The position numbers and the translations under genes were made by a program. Shown piece after piece: positions 9,583-18,959 of a stretch of 64,000 nt of DNA (positions are counted from its first letter, which is position 1; each line of letters begins with the position of its first letter). Location: positions 6,766 to 70,765 of the forward strand of contig CAYXJR010000013.1 of NCBI GenBank assembly GCA_964465145.1. The letters run 5' to 3'. Origin of the DNA: an uncultured Porphyromonadaceae bacterium (lineage in GTDB: Bacteria > Bacteroidota > Bacteroidia > Bacteroidales > UBA12481). Below the pieces are notes generated by a model. That model made no database searches. It was given only the letters and a program-made list of their open reading frames with translations, and was not told where the DNA came from.

Positions 9583-10553
9583 AATATTTCATAACGGGAG
9601 CCACCGGATATATTGGAGAGTATCTTGTCAGGAGTATTATCTCTCAGGGGCATGTTGTTCATGCTTTTTGCCGTTCAAAAAGAAAGGCGGAAGCCTTGCC
9701 AAAACAAGCAAAAATTTTCTTGGGGGATATTTTGCAGGAAGACGAGATCCGAAGGGGAATGGCGGGCTGTGATTATGTGTTTCACCTTGCTGCTTTAGCT
9801 AAAGTATGGTCGGAAGATCCCGGCGAATTCTATCGGGTTAATGTTACTGGTACGAATCTGGTTTTGCAATCGGCCAGGGATTTAGGAGTTAAGAGAGTTG
9901 TTGTTGTGTCAACAGCAGGTGTTTACGGAGCCTCTTTCGACAAGATTATTGATGAGAATTTTGTTCGTCAGAAGGATTTTTTTAACGAGTATGAAGGTTC
10001 AAAAGCCCTGTCTGAATCCTGGGTAAAAGATTACGTTATTGGAGGCCAGGATGTTGTAATTGTCAGTCCAACACGTGTTTACGGTCCTTACCTTTCCGGC
10101 TTACCAGATTCAGTCACCCTTATGGTCCTTAAATATGTCAAAAGTGGATGGCGATTTCTACCCGGTCCGAAAGACCGTATTGGCAATTATGTCTATATCG
10201 AGGATGTGGTTGCCGGAATAGAATTGGCGTTGGAGAAGGGCAAGACTGGCAGAACATATATCCTTGGAGGGGAAAATCACAGCTACTGGGATTTTTTCAA
10301 GATTCTTTCAGATGTTGCCGGCATCAAGAGGAAGATGTATCAAATACCTCCAGGTGTTAGTTTTGTATTTGCCTGGTTTCAATTGCAGGCCGCTTATTTA
10401 TTTGGGATCGAGCCTCTCATAACACCCAAATGGGTGCCAAAAGCTAAATATCATTGGGCAGTGTCGGCTGCAAGGGCAGAAAAGGAATTGGGATATCAGA
10501 TTACTTCCTTGAAAGATGGCCTGACAAAAACAGTTGCCTGGTTAAAACGGTGA
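9579..10553 (+). CDS. NAD-dependent epimerase/dehydratase (extended SDR) family protein
   Basis: Rossmann motif ITGATGYIGEYL and YxxxK (YEGSKAL). ATG 9579 overlaps the upstream TGA (ATGA). The alternative in-frame ATG at 9570 is also possible. Confidence 0.8.
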   Translation: MKYFITGATGYIGEYLVRSIISQGHVVHAFCRSKRKAEALPKQAKIFLGDILQEDEIRRGMAGCDYVFHLAALAKVWSEDPGEFYRVNVTGTNLVLQSARDLGVKRVVVVSTAGVYGASFDKIIDENFVRQKDFFNEYEGSKALSESWVKDYVIGGQDVVIVSPTRVYGPYLSGLPDSVTLMVLKYVKSGWRFLPGPKDRIGNYVYIEDVVAGIELALEKGKTGRTYILGGENHSYWDFFKILSDVAGIKRKMYQIPPGVSFVFAWFQLQAAYLFGIEPLITPKWVPKAKYHWAVSAARAEKELGYQITSLKDGLTKTVAWLKR

Positions 10554-11345
10554 ACTTCTCTTGATATAGGTTTCCAGCAATAAAGGCAAAGCCTGGCTTG
10601 ATAAACTATATGCTTTGCCATATAGGCTCAATACCTTGCGTTTCTTTCTTTTTTTTATCATGCCAGCCAGAATTTTTGCCACTTTTTCCCGGGGTTGCTG
10701 CAAAAGAGTGGGCCTTTTTGGTAGGCTTGACAAGCTCCCATCAGGCATTATCATCTGCTTTTGAGGTTCATTCTGGGTGAAGCAAACATAGGCGACCCCA
10801 ATTCCAACTCCGGAATTCCTGAGTTCGAATCTGAGGCTCTGAGCCAGATTTTTATAGCTTGTTTTTCCCATCGAATAGGCCGAAAACCTTGCTAAGCCAT
10901 ACATAGCAGCTAAAGAGGAGATTAGCAGGATATATCCATTCTCCTTTATCAGGGCAGGCAAAGCAGCCTTTATGGGGAAAACTGCACCAAGAATCTGGCT
11001 GTTAATCGCCATTTTGAACACTTCCGGCTTTATATCCTGAATGGTTGATTCAACCATTATGCTGGCATTGGCTACAACTCCATCAAGTTTTCCATAATGA
11101 TTTACCAACAAACGGATGATCGTTTCGCATACATCATAATCTGTTACATCACCGGGAACCATTAGGTTGTCAATTCCCAAGTTGTTTAGTTCGAGGTGTG
11201 ATTTATTCAGTTTTTCGAGGTTCCTTCCATTCAAACCTATTTTGGCACCCCTCTGACCCAAATGGATGGCCAGTGCTTTGCCAATGCCCTGGCTAGATCC
11301 AGTAATAAGTATGACTTGATTTTGAAATTCAGGTTTCATCCCCAT
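10542..11345 (-). CDS. short-chain dehydrogenase/reductase (classical SDR)
   Basis: TGSSQGIGKALA cofactor motif and the YSMGK catalytic YxxxK. I start it at ATG 11345 because a terminator of the upstream gene lies inside the longer ORF-track version. Confidence 0.8.
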   Translation of the reverse strand: MGMKPEFQNQVILITGSSQGIGKALAIHLGQRGAKIGLNGRNLEKLNKSHLELNNLGIDNLMVPGDVTDYDVCETIIRLLVNHYGKLDGVVANASIMVESTIQDIKPEVFKMAINSQILGAVFPIKAALPALIKENGYILLISSLAAMYGLARFSAYSMGKTSYKNLAQSLRFELRNSGVGIGVAYVCFTQNEPQKQMIMPDGSLSSLPKRPTLLQQPREKVAKILAGMIKKRKKRKVLSLYGKAYSLSSQALPLLLETYIKRSSPF

Positions 11346-11383
11346 GGATATTTTATTATAAAAATATTTACATGCAATATAAT

Positions 11384-11408
11384 AAAAAAGACGCCTCAAA
11401 AAGGCGCC
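11384..11408 (-). terminator. rho-independent terminator after the TPR gene
   Basis: The minus strand reads GGCGCC-TTTTTGA-GGCGTC followed by TTTTTT. Confidence 0.55.
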
Positions 11409-11435
11409 TTTAATTATGTTTTGGATTGTTAAAAT

Positions 11436-12440
11436 CTATTCATTGCATTTCACTCCATACTCAATCTCATACTGAGCGTTTTCCTTGAACTGGCCGAACA
11501 GTGCCTTGTTAAATGCCTCACAGGCAGCTTCCTTATCTCCCTTACCCTTATATGCGAGTCCCAGGTTATAAAAATGCTTTGCTCTTTTATCGTCGCTAGG
11601 TTCTTCAATTTCCAGGGCTTTGTTGGCGGCTTCAATGGCTGCGTCGTATTGTTTTAATTCATTATAGGATCTAGCCAGGTAAAAATAGGTGTCAATACCA
11701 GCTGGATCATATTTCAAAGCTTTGTTAAGCAGGGGAGCAGCTTCCGCGGCTTTACCATCTGCCAGAGATTTGGTTCCACTTGCAAGGAAAAAAGTATTGG
11801 CTGCCTTTTTAATCTGATCCTTGGTTTTGCTATCTTTCGAATTGTCTGCTGCTATCAGGCCTTTATCCATTGTGGATTCAAACTTTTCCTGATCATCCAA
11901 TTTCTTGTAAACCAAGCCCATCGTATAATAGGCCTTTGCGTAGTCCGGATCATAAACTATGGCCTGATTCAAGGCCTCAACAGCTTTGTCGAACTGTTCT
12001 TCTTTATAATATGTACCCCCAATAGAATTGTATAACTTGGGAAGCATAGATTTGGATTTCACAACATACTCTTCGTTCTTATATTTTTCAGCTACTTTCA
12101 ATGCTTCTTGAAAAGCAGGGATGGCCTGATCAAATTTTTTCCCTTTTATTAAAAGGTTTCCTACATTAAAATATAAGCCAGGTAAGAGGTTTTCAGCCTT
12201 TATTTTAACATCAGTTCCTTCAGCGCCAAGCTGGCTGCAAAAATCCAGACACTCCTTGGCTGAAACAATGGCGGTTGTGGGATCTGATGAGGATAGTTTC
12301 CACGCATTGTTATAGGCTTCTATGGCATCATTAACTTCCTGGGCCTGTGAAAATCCAACCAAGCCAAAAATAATTACCGGTACTAGTAGTGATCTAACTA
12401 ATACTGTTCTTTTCATAGTCCTTAATGTTTTCAAATTCAA
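11436..12440 (-). CDS. secreted tetratricopeptide-repeat protein
   Basis: Signal peptide and repeated 34-aa A/Y/F-rich TPR units (e.g. AIPAFQEALKV, AVEALNQAIVYDPDYAKAYYTMGLVY, AIEAANKALEIEE). Confidence 0.75.
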   Translation of the reverse strand: MNLKTLRTMKRTVLVRSLLVPVIIFGLVGFSQAQEVNDAIEAYNNAWKLSSSDPTTAIVSAKECLDFCSQLGAEGTDVKIKAENLLPGLYFNVGNLLIKGKKFDQAIPAFQEALKVAEKYKNEEYVVKSKSMLPKLYNSIGGTYYKEEQFDKAVEALNQAIVYDPDYAKAYYTMGLVYKKLDDQEKFESTMDKGLIAADNSKDSKTKDQIKKAANTFFLASGTKSLADGKAAEAAPLLNKALKYDPAGIDTYFYLARSYNELKQYDAAIEAANKALEIEEPSDDKRAKHFYNLGLAYKGKGDKEAACEAFNKALFGQFKENAQYEIEYGVKCNE

Positions 12441-12623
12441 TTGTTTATTAGATATAATAAAATTTTAAGCGTGTAAAGATAAAAAGATTCATTAAAAAAA
12501 CCAGCTCTGTTACAAATCTTCACTACATGGTTACAAAGAAGGTCAACTTCGTGCCAGAAAACATAATGATTTTACATATATCAATATTTGTATAACCTAA
12601 GTATTATTACCTTCGCAAATACT

Positions 12624-14282
12624 ATGCTAAAAATATTTTTGCCCTTTGCCGGCCTGATTTTGGCTATTCTGTCAGCCTGTGGTCCTACTGATCAGATCAG
12701 TATGAATGTATTCCGGTACAACGAGTCAAAGGACATCCCAACCCTGGATCCTGCCTTCGCGAAAAGTCAATACACCATATGGCCAGTAAATCAGTTGTTT
12801 AACGGTTTGGTCCAAATGGACAACCAACTGCAAGTGATACCAGCTATCGCCTCCTCCTGGGAGATTAGTGGGGATGGCCTTGAATATACGTTTCATCTTA
12901 GGCAAGACATTTATTTTCATGATCATGAGCTTTTTAGCGGAGGAAGGGGCAGACTGGTTAAATCTTCTGATTTTGTATATAGCTTGAATCGTATCCGGGA
13001 CCCTGCCACAGCTTCACCCGGGGCCTGGACAATGAATTGGGTCTTGCCTGAGGATCATCCCGGCGCTGTAGGACTTGAAGCCACCAACGATAGTACTTTG
13101 ATAATTAGGATTAATCAGCCATTTCCTGCTTTTTTGGGATTATTAAGTATGCCTTACTGTTCAGTTGTTCCAGAAGAAGTGGTCAGTCATTACCTGCAGG
13201 ACTTTGGTCGGCACCCTATTGGCACGGGCCCTTTTCAATTAAAATACTGGAAACCAGGAGAAAAGCTAATTCTGTCAAGAAATCCCAGGTATTTCGAGCT
13301 AGATGAAAAGGGTGAATCTTTACCATATCTGGACGGAATATCTATTCGATTCATAGTGGATAAGCAATCGGAATTCCTTGAATTTCTTCAGGGGAATATT
13401 GATTTCCTTTCAGGAGTGCATCCCAGTTACAAAGATGAATTACTGACCCGTTCAGGGGAGCTGAATCCATATTACAAAGATCGGTTTAAAATCTACACAC
13501 AAGCTTATCTGAATACCGAATACCTGGGCATTCTTTTTAATCCAGAAGGATCAGAACAGGTATCAGGGCCTCTGCAAATCAGGGAGGTAAGACAGGCTAT
13601 TAATTATGGCTTCGATAGGGGTAAAATGATCAAGTATCTTCGAAACGGGATGGGAACACCAGCCAGACAAGGATTTGTTCCACTTGGATTGCCAAGTTTC
13701 AGTCCTGGGCTGGAAGGCTATTCGTATAATCCCGAAAAATGCAAGGCCTTATTGACCAGTGCGGGCTTTCCAAATGGTGAGGGTTTACCAGAGATCACAC
13801 TCACTACTACATCTGATTACCTTGATCTATGTGAATTTATACAGGCCCAGTTAGGGGAGTCGGGCATCCGTATCAAGCTGGAATTAAGTACCGGGGCAAC
13901 TTTCAGATCCATGGTTGCAGACTCAAAACTTTCATTTTTCAGGGGGTCGTGGATTGCTGACTATCCGGATGCGGAAAATTATTTTGCACTATTTTACAGC
14001 CCTAATTTTTCTCCTAAAGGCCCCAATTACACACATTTCAAATTGGATGAATTTGACAAACTGTACGAATTGGCCCTGGTTACAACCATTGATAAGGAAA
14101 GGTATCAGATCTACCGGAAAATGGATTCATTGATAATCCATGAAGCTCCGGTAGTCCCGTTGTTCTACGATAAGGTAGTCAGGTTCTACTCATCCAACCT
14201 GGAAGGCATGGAAGGTAATGCCTTAAACCTGCTTACACTTAAAAGGGTAAGGAGAATCATTATCCCAGGGTTAACGAATTAA
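12624..14282 (+). CDS. ABC-transporter substrate-binding protein, family 5 (peptide/nickel type), lipoprotein
   Basis: Lipobox LAILSAC. SBP_bac_5-like blocks (LDPAFA, NQLFNGLV, W.ISGDGLEYTFHLR, HPIGTGPF.LKYWKPGEK). I start it at ATG 12624 rather than TTG 12588. Confidence 0.8.
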   Translation: MLKIFLPFAGLILAILSACGPTDQISMNVFRYNESKDIPTLDPAFAKSQYTIWPVNQLFNGLVQMDNQLQVIPAIASSWEISGDGLEYTFHLRQDIYFHDHELFSGGRGRLVKSSDFVYSLNRIRDPATASPGAWTMNWVLPEDHPGAVGLEATNDSTLIIRINQPFPAFLGLLSMPYCSVVPEEVVSHYLQDFGRHPIGTGPFQLKYWKPGEKLILSRNPRYFELDEKGESLPYLDGISIRFIVDKQSEFLEFLQGNIDFLSGVHPSYKDELLTRSGELNPYYKDRFKIYTQAYLNTEYLGILFNPEGSEQVSGPLQIREVRQAINYGFDRGKMIKYLRNGMGTPARQGFVPLGLPSFSPGLEGYSYNPEKCKALLTSAGFPNGEGLPEITLTTTSDYLDLCEFIQAQLGESGIRIKLELSTGATFRSMVADSKLSFFRGSWIADYPDAENYFALFYSPNFSPKGPNYTHFKLDEFDKLYELALVTTIDKERYQIYRKMDSLIIHEAPVVPLFYDKVVRFYSSNLEGMEGNALNLLTLKRVRRIIIPGLTN

Positions 14283-14479
14283 TCGTCCAGGTCCTTGAGA
14301 ATCTTCTCAACTTCTTTTTCTGCGTTAAAGAGTTTCTTTTTACAAATTTTGATCAACTCGGAAACCCTCTTTAATTGTCCGGCGAGTTCATCCACGTCGA
14401 GTTCCTGGTTGTCAATCTTTGATAATATACTTTCCACTTCTCTTAAAGCCAGGCTGTATGTGATTTCTTTATCAGGCAT
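14279..14479 (-). CDS. xseB: exodeoxyribonuclease VII small subunit
   Basis: 66-aa helical protein with the typical XseB N-terminus (YSLALREVESILSKIDNQELDVDEL). It lies near xseA. Confidence 0.85.
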   Translation of the reverse strand: MPDKEITYSLALREVESILSKIDNQELDVDELAGQLKRVSELIKICKKKLFNAEKEVEKILKDLDD

Positions 14480-14490
14480 AATTGATAGTT

Positions 14491-14955
14491 TTAATATCCA
14501 TATTTTTTTCCGGTGAATTCCCTTACATCAAGTTTCATTATAACAACATTGCGGATGGACGGTTCGGAAAACTCATAATCTTCTCCTGAGTATTTTAGCA
14601 TAATAAGCTTCATGACGGCATATTTCTTATCATAATCTTTAATAAATTCTACATCACCAAATGCATTCACACTCTTATATTTCATTCCCCAGGAGCATCC
14701 CACCTGCTTGTGTCTGTAAAATAATTCGTTTCCGGTATTGAAATTTATGCAAACAGAGGGATTCTTTTCCAGCAATTCCAGTTTAAATCCGTGAGTATCG
14801 CAATGCAGGAAGATGGTCTGTTCCTGATAGGCGAAGTTGAAAGGAAGAACATATGGTTTTTCACCATTGACCATAGCCACTGTGCAGACCTCTGCCTCAT
14901 TGATAATGGCTTCCATCTCAGGAATATTATGAATCTGACGATTTCGGAGTATCAT
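14491..14955 (-). CDS. pyridoxamine 5'-phosphate oxidase-like (Nim-like FMN-binding split-barrel) family protein
   Basis: 154 aa. Its pattern (CTVAMVNGEKPYVLPFNFAY...IFLHC...G.K) resembles the Pyridox_ox_2/Nim family. Confidence 0.7.
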   Translation of the reverse strand: MILRNRQIHNIPEMEAIINEAEVCTVAMVNGEKPYVLPFNFAYQEQTIFLHCDTHGFKLELLEKNPSVCINFNTGNELFYRHKQVGCSWGMKYKSVNAFGDVEFIKDYDKKYAVMKLIMLKYSGEDYEFSEPSIRNVVIMKLDVREFTGKKYGY

Positions 14956-14968
14956 ATTTGAACTTATC

Positions 14969-16360
14969 TTATTTAGTATTCGTTTTTTTTGAAATTACGC
15001 GGCTGTTAAAGTCACCTGAAGCCAGCTGGGTGGTTACATCTTCCCCAGGGTGAACATCTTTCGAATTTTTCAGGACTTTCCCCTGATAAAAGGTAATTGA
15101 ATATCCCTTTTTCAGTATTCTGGCAGGATCTTGCAGATCAGCTTCTTTTCCCAGCATACTCAATCTATTATTTTCTTGAATTATCATATCCCTTACGGCA
15201 TGACGGTTGTTATTAATATTTTCAGTTAGCACTTGCCGGTTAAAATCGATGAAGTGGTTTACCGATGTTTGAAAATTTAATAGTTGAGTATTTAAACTTA
15301 GTTGTTGCCGGTGAATATAACGGCCTGTGGAGGAAGAACCCCGGATTGCCTTTTCCCGTAAGGACATCCACTCATTTTTAAGAAGACTATCTCCAGCCTG
15401 TTTCATAGTATGGAGCTTGGTTGTCAACTGATCTTTCCATACCAGTAGTTTTCCCCTGGAAGATTCTACAATGTTTTGCCGTAGATTATCCATGTCGGAT
15501 ATAAAATAATCGGCCTGTTGAATGAGGAATTCAGCAACCGCAGTCGGGGTTTTACAGCTGGTGTGAGCCACTATGTCAACTATTGATTCATCTCGTTCGT
15601 GTCCTATGCCTGCGATAATTGGCAGGGGAAACTGGGTAATGAAGTATCCCAGATCATAATCATCAAAGCTGGTAAGATCGGTTTTAGCACCTCCGCCTCT
15701 TATAATTACCACAAGGTCATAAAAGGATTCATGTTCAGCAATTCGATCAAGCGCCTGGATTATTGATTTACCTGCTGAGGTGCCCTGCATAGCTGCAGGG
15801 TAAAGCCGGGTGTAATATTGATATCCGGCCTGGTTGTTATTCAGCTGGTCAATAAAATCCCCGTATCCGGCAGCCGTATCCGAGGATATGATGGCAATTT
15901 TCTGGGGCACCAGCGGCATTTCCAAATCCTGATTCATACTGATTACTCCAGCATCCTCCAGCTTCTTAAGGATTTCAATACGTTTTCTGGCAAGTTCACC
16001 GAGTGTGAATGAAGGCTCGATATCCAGAATGTTCAGGCTGAACCCATATCGTTCGTGAAATTCCACTTTAACCGAAATCATAACCTTAATTCCGGCATCA
16101 AGTGCCTGTCCGGTAGTCGTTTCAAAATATGGCTTTATCATCCGGTACCGGGAGGCCCAAATGGTTGCACGGGAGACTGCCCTTATGGAATCGTCTTGTG
16201 GGTCTTTGTCAACCAGTTCAAGATAACAATGGCCGCTGCGATTATCATTTAACTCGCTTATTTCAGCAATAATCCAGATAGTCATTGGAAATCCTTCTTG
16301 AAGGACTTCACGTACCATCTTGTTAAGGTCAAACAGGCTTATGGCTTTTTGCTCTGCCAT
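14969..16360 (-). CDS. xseA: exodeoxyribonuclease VII large subunit
   Basis: N-terminal OB-fold region (WIIAEISELNDNRSGHCYLELVDKD), catalytic core (VIIRGGGAKTDL, IAGIGHERDESI) and a long C-terminal coiled coil. Confidence 0.92.
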   Translation of the reverse strand: MAEQKAISLFDLNKMVREVLQEGFPMTIWIIAEISELNDNRSGHCYLELVDKDPQDDSIRAVSRATIWASRYRMIKPYFETTTGQALDAGIKVMISVKVEFHERYGFSLNILDIEPSFTLGELARKRIEILKKLEDAGVISMNQDLEMPLVPQKIAIISSDTAAGYGDFIDQLNNNQAGYQYYTRLYPAAMQGTSAGKSIIQALDRIAEHESFYDLVVIIRGGGAKTDLTSFDDYDLGYFITQFPLPIIAGIGHERDESIVDIVAHTSCKTPTAVAEFLIQQADYFISDMDNLRQNIVESSRGKLLVWKDQLTTKLHTMKQAGDSLLKNEWMSLREKAIRGSSSTGRYIHRQQLSLNTQLLNFQTSVNHFIDFNRQVLTENINNNRHAVRDMIIQENNRLSMLGKEADLQDPARILKKGYSITFYQGKVLKNSKDVHPGEDVTTQLASGDFNSRVISKKTNTK

Positions 16361-16363
16361 GTC

Positions 16364-18040
16364 TTATTGTCTGGTCCTCTGTTTCATGATACGGGCTTGG
16401 GTGACTGATTGAGACGTAGTAATTCTGGTGATGAATATTCCCGGATTGAGATTTTCAAGTCCTGAAATCTTTATTCTTTGGAAGGAGTTGTATCCAGGAT
16501 CGTGTTCTTCACGATAAACAAGGCGTCCGGTCAAGTCCCAAATTTCCAGAACTAATGGTTCGGGTTTAGGAGCATAATAATCTATAGTGAAGGAGCTGTA
16601 AAAAGGATTGGGGAATATTCTTAAAAGAGAATTTTCCTGGATATTATCAATTTCGATACCTTGAACATCAAAGAAGGCTTTTGAAAAATCAGGCAAACCG
16701 TAGCCTAGATAAAAATCTGGGTTAAGGGCCTGTGAGCCAGTTTCTTGCATTAACTGAATCAAGTCATAATTATTTACAGACCTATTGCTTTGCCAGAGGC
16801 AGGCGGCTAATCCGCAAATAAGGGGTGAACTAAAGGATGTCCCATTTCCGGTGTATATATTACCGTCTGTGGCGACAAAAGCAGTACCATCACCCTGAGC
16901 GGCAAGATTGGGTTTAACCCTGCCATTGATAGTAGGGCCAATTGAGCTGAAAGATGCGTAAATTCTTTCAGCATCCACTGCACCCACAGTGAGTACACTG
17001 TCTGCATCTGCAGGAGCACCTATGTATCGCCAGGGGCTGTCACCCTTATTGCCAGCACTTGTAACCACAAGGATTCCTTTGGAGGCGGCAATATCTGCTG
17101 CCTTGGTTATCCTTGTGGTGTTTCCATCCATATCCTGATAGGTATGATTCATCGTTGAATCATCAAAAGTGGTATAACTTATGGAAGAATTTATCAGGTC
17201 GGCACCCACACTGTCGGCATATTCCGCTCCACTGATCCAATAATCTTCTTCCAACAGGTATTCCGTAGGTCCGTATTCTGTGCGAAGGAGGTAATAACCG
17301 GCTTTCGGAGCGGTCCCCACCATTTGGCCTGGGAGGTTAGCGGCCATGATTGACAATACCCAAGCTCCGTGTGGATGCTCATGGAAACTTACCGGTGTAT
17401 TCTTAATAAAATCCCAGGTACCGAGGATCTGGTGGTTTTTCCATAAACTATCGAAGGCCGGGTTGTTGTCTGCTCCGGTGAAACCACCATCGAGAACGGC
17501 TATAACCATCCCCTGTCCCTGGTAACCCTGGTTGTGAAGTATATGCCCTTTTATCATTCCTATCTGATGGCTGCCCTGGCCATAATTGTAATAACTTGTA
17601 TCAGGTAAGCTAGCTTGTATATTGCTGGCTTTTACAGCAGATATGTTCAATTTATCTGGGTAAACTGGGATGCCTTGGGAAGTACAGGTGCTTTTTATGG
17701 ACCTAACATAGGGTAATGATCTTATGGAATCAAGAGATTCTGGGTTATTTGTATTGATACTGACAGAATTGAACCATTTGGAGACAGTAAGGATACTGGG
17801 CACGAAGTTCCGAACTCCTTGAATATAGCTCGGATTTACTGGTAAGTCTTGCTCGGTAATAGATATTTGAAACCTGGTACGTCTGTTTATGGACCTTTGG
17901 CTCAGGAAATCTTGCGGGAGGTCAATAGAAAAAGGGCTATTCTGTTTATCGGCGAAATTCACCAGATACACATCAGGTGCAATTTGTGAAAAAACTGAAG
18001 TTCCAAGAATCCACAGAAAAGCCGCAAGTATTTTGTTCAT
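16364..18040 (-). CDS. S8 (subtilisin-like) serine peptidase with T9SS C-terminal sorting domain
   Basis: Catalytic triad contexts VIAVLDGGF (Asp), HGAWVLSIM (His) and GTSFSSPLICG (Ser). The C-terminus (RIFPNPFYSSFTIDY...LEIWDLTGRLVY...GIFITRI) is typical of T9SS CTDs. Confidence 0.87.
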   Translation of the reverse strand: MNKILAAFLWILGTSVFSQIAPDVYLVNFADKQNSPFSIDLPQDFLSQRSINRRTRFQISITEQDLPVNPSYIQGVRNFVPSILTVSKWFNSVSINTNNPESLDSIRSLPYVRSIKSTCTSQGIPVYPDKLNISAVKASNIQASLPDTSYYNYGQGSHQIGMIKGHILHNQGYQGQGMVIAVLDGGFTGADNNPAFDSLWKNHQILGTWDFIKNTPVSFHEHPHGAWVLSIMAANLPGQMVGTAPKAGYYLLRTEYGPTEYLLEEDYWISGAEYADSVGADLINSSISYTTFDDSTMNHTYQDMDGNTTRITKAADIAASKGILVVTSAGNKGDSPWRYIGAPADADSVLTVGAVDAERIYASFSSIGPTINGRVKPNLAAQGDGTAFVATDGNIYTGNGTSFSSPLICGLAACLWQSNRSVNNYDLIQLMQETGSQALNPDFYLGYGLPDFSKAFFDVQGIEIDNIQENSLLRIFPNPFYSSFTIDYYAPKPEPLVLEIWDLTGRLVYREEHDPGYNSFQRIKISGLENLNPGIFITRITTSQSVTQARIMKQRTRQ

Positions 18041-18059
18041 CCAGCGAAATTAACCAGAA

Positions 18060-18857
18060 TTATTTTCGAAAGTATGATTCAGGGTCTTTTAAGTACATTA
18101 TAGGATCTTTCACCAGGTTTCTATTTTTCTCATATTGATCAAATACCTCTTTTTGCCTTTGATCCAAAATCTCCGAATTCAGAGGCTTCCCTTCTGAATA
18201 AGTAAGAGAATAATCTATTTTGCCATTAATGAAATAATAGATCCATTCCCCCTCTTTAAGATTTTGATGGTAATGTCCTTTTACAGCAAGCTCACCTCCA
18301 GGATAGAAAACCAGATACGCCCCATCCATTTGATTATTTCTGTAATAAATCTCAGTAGTTTTATCTCCTTGTTCATTGAAAATTTGCTGGATACCATGCA
18401 TGGCGTTATCTGACCAATTCGTTTTTTCCATGATCTTCCCATTCACAAAATAGCGGATAGCCTGGCCATTGATTTGGTCGGCCTTGTAATTTATCTCGAT
18501 TAAAACCTCACCCTGGCTCCCGTAATAGTTCCACTTTCCTTCTTTCAATTGTTTGATATACTGGCCTTGAGCCCAGAGCTTTCCCAACTCATCATAAATT
18601 TTTGCCTCCACATTTACTCCTGTAGAGTCGTGATCCATAATGGCTTTTACCACTCCATCGGGATAATATCTTGTTAAAGTTCCAACAGGATGGCCTTCCA
18701 GGAAAAATCCCTCGTACTTTTTGTTGCCGTCTTGATCAAGAACTATCCAATAATCGGTTTTCTGCCCCATGTCATTAAGCCGGTTGGTCTTCTCTTCCTG
18801 AGAAAAAACAAGGGTAGGAAGAGTAAATAATAGTAAAGGAATGAAGTACTTAATCAT
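18060..18857 (-). CDS. secreted MORN-variant repeat protein (YwqK-like family)
   Basis: Signal peptide MIKYFIPLLLFTLPTLVFSQ. Repeated G.W.YY..G-type units (EGKWNYYGSQGEV, EGEWIYYFINGKI, DGAYLVFYPGGEL). The start at 18857 is used because the dnaK terminator lies in the longer version. Confidence 0.7.
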   Translation of the reverse strand: MIKYFIPLLLFTLPTLVFSQEEKTNRLNDMGQKTDYWIVLDQDGNKKYEGFFLEGHPVGTLTRYYPDGVVKAIMDHDSTGVNVEAKIYDELGKLWAQGQYIKQLKEGKWNYYGSQGEVLIEINYKADQINGQAIRYFVNGKIMEKTNWSDNAMHGIQQIFNEQGDKTTEIYYRNNQMDGAYLVFYPGGELAVKGHYHQNLKEGEWIYYFINGKIDYSLTYSEGKPLNSEILDQRQKEVFDQYEKNRNLVKDPIMYLKDPESYFRK

Positions 18858-18870
18858 GACTTGAAAATAC

Positions 18871-18913
18871 AAAAAATAAAAATGGTTGCCAGACTCACGA
18901 GCAACCATTTTTT
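18871..18913 (-). terminator. rho-independent terminator after dnaK
   Basis: 9-bp stem AATGGTTGC/GCAACCATT with an 11-nt loop. It is flanked by an A-run and a T-run, so it could act in both directions. Confidence 0.6.
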
Positions 18914-18959
18914 AATATTTATCCTAAGCCCTGGTATCCAGGGTAATATTGAAATCCAA

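Noticed and set aside
18858-18908. N-terminal extensions in the ORF track: 18858-18908, 11346-11399, 44265-44291, 26289-26315, 45384-45425, 3708-3770, 1685-1726 and 7402-7449.
   Set aside because: The extensions contain the upstream gene's terminator hairpin or a TAnnTTTG -7 box, or they delete an otherwise canonical signal peptide. I preferred the downstream starts.
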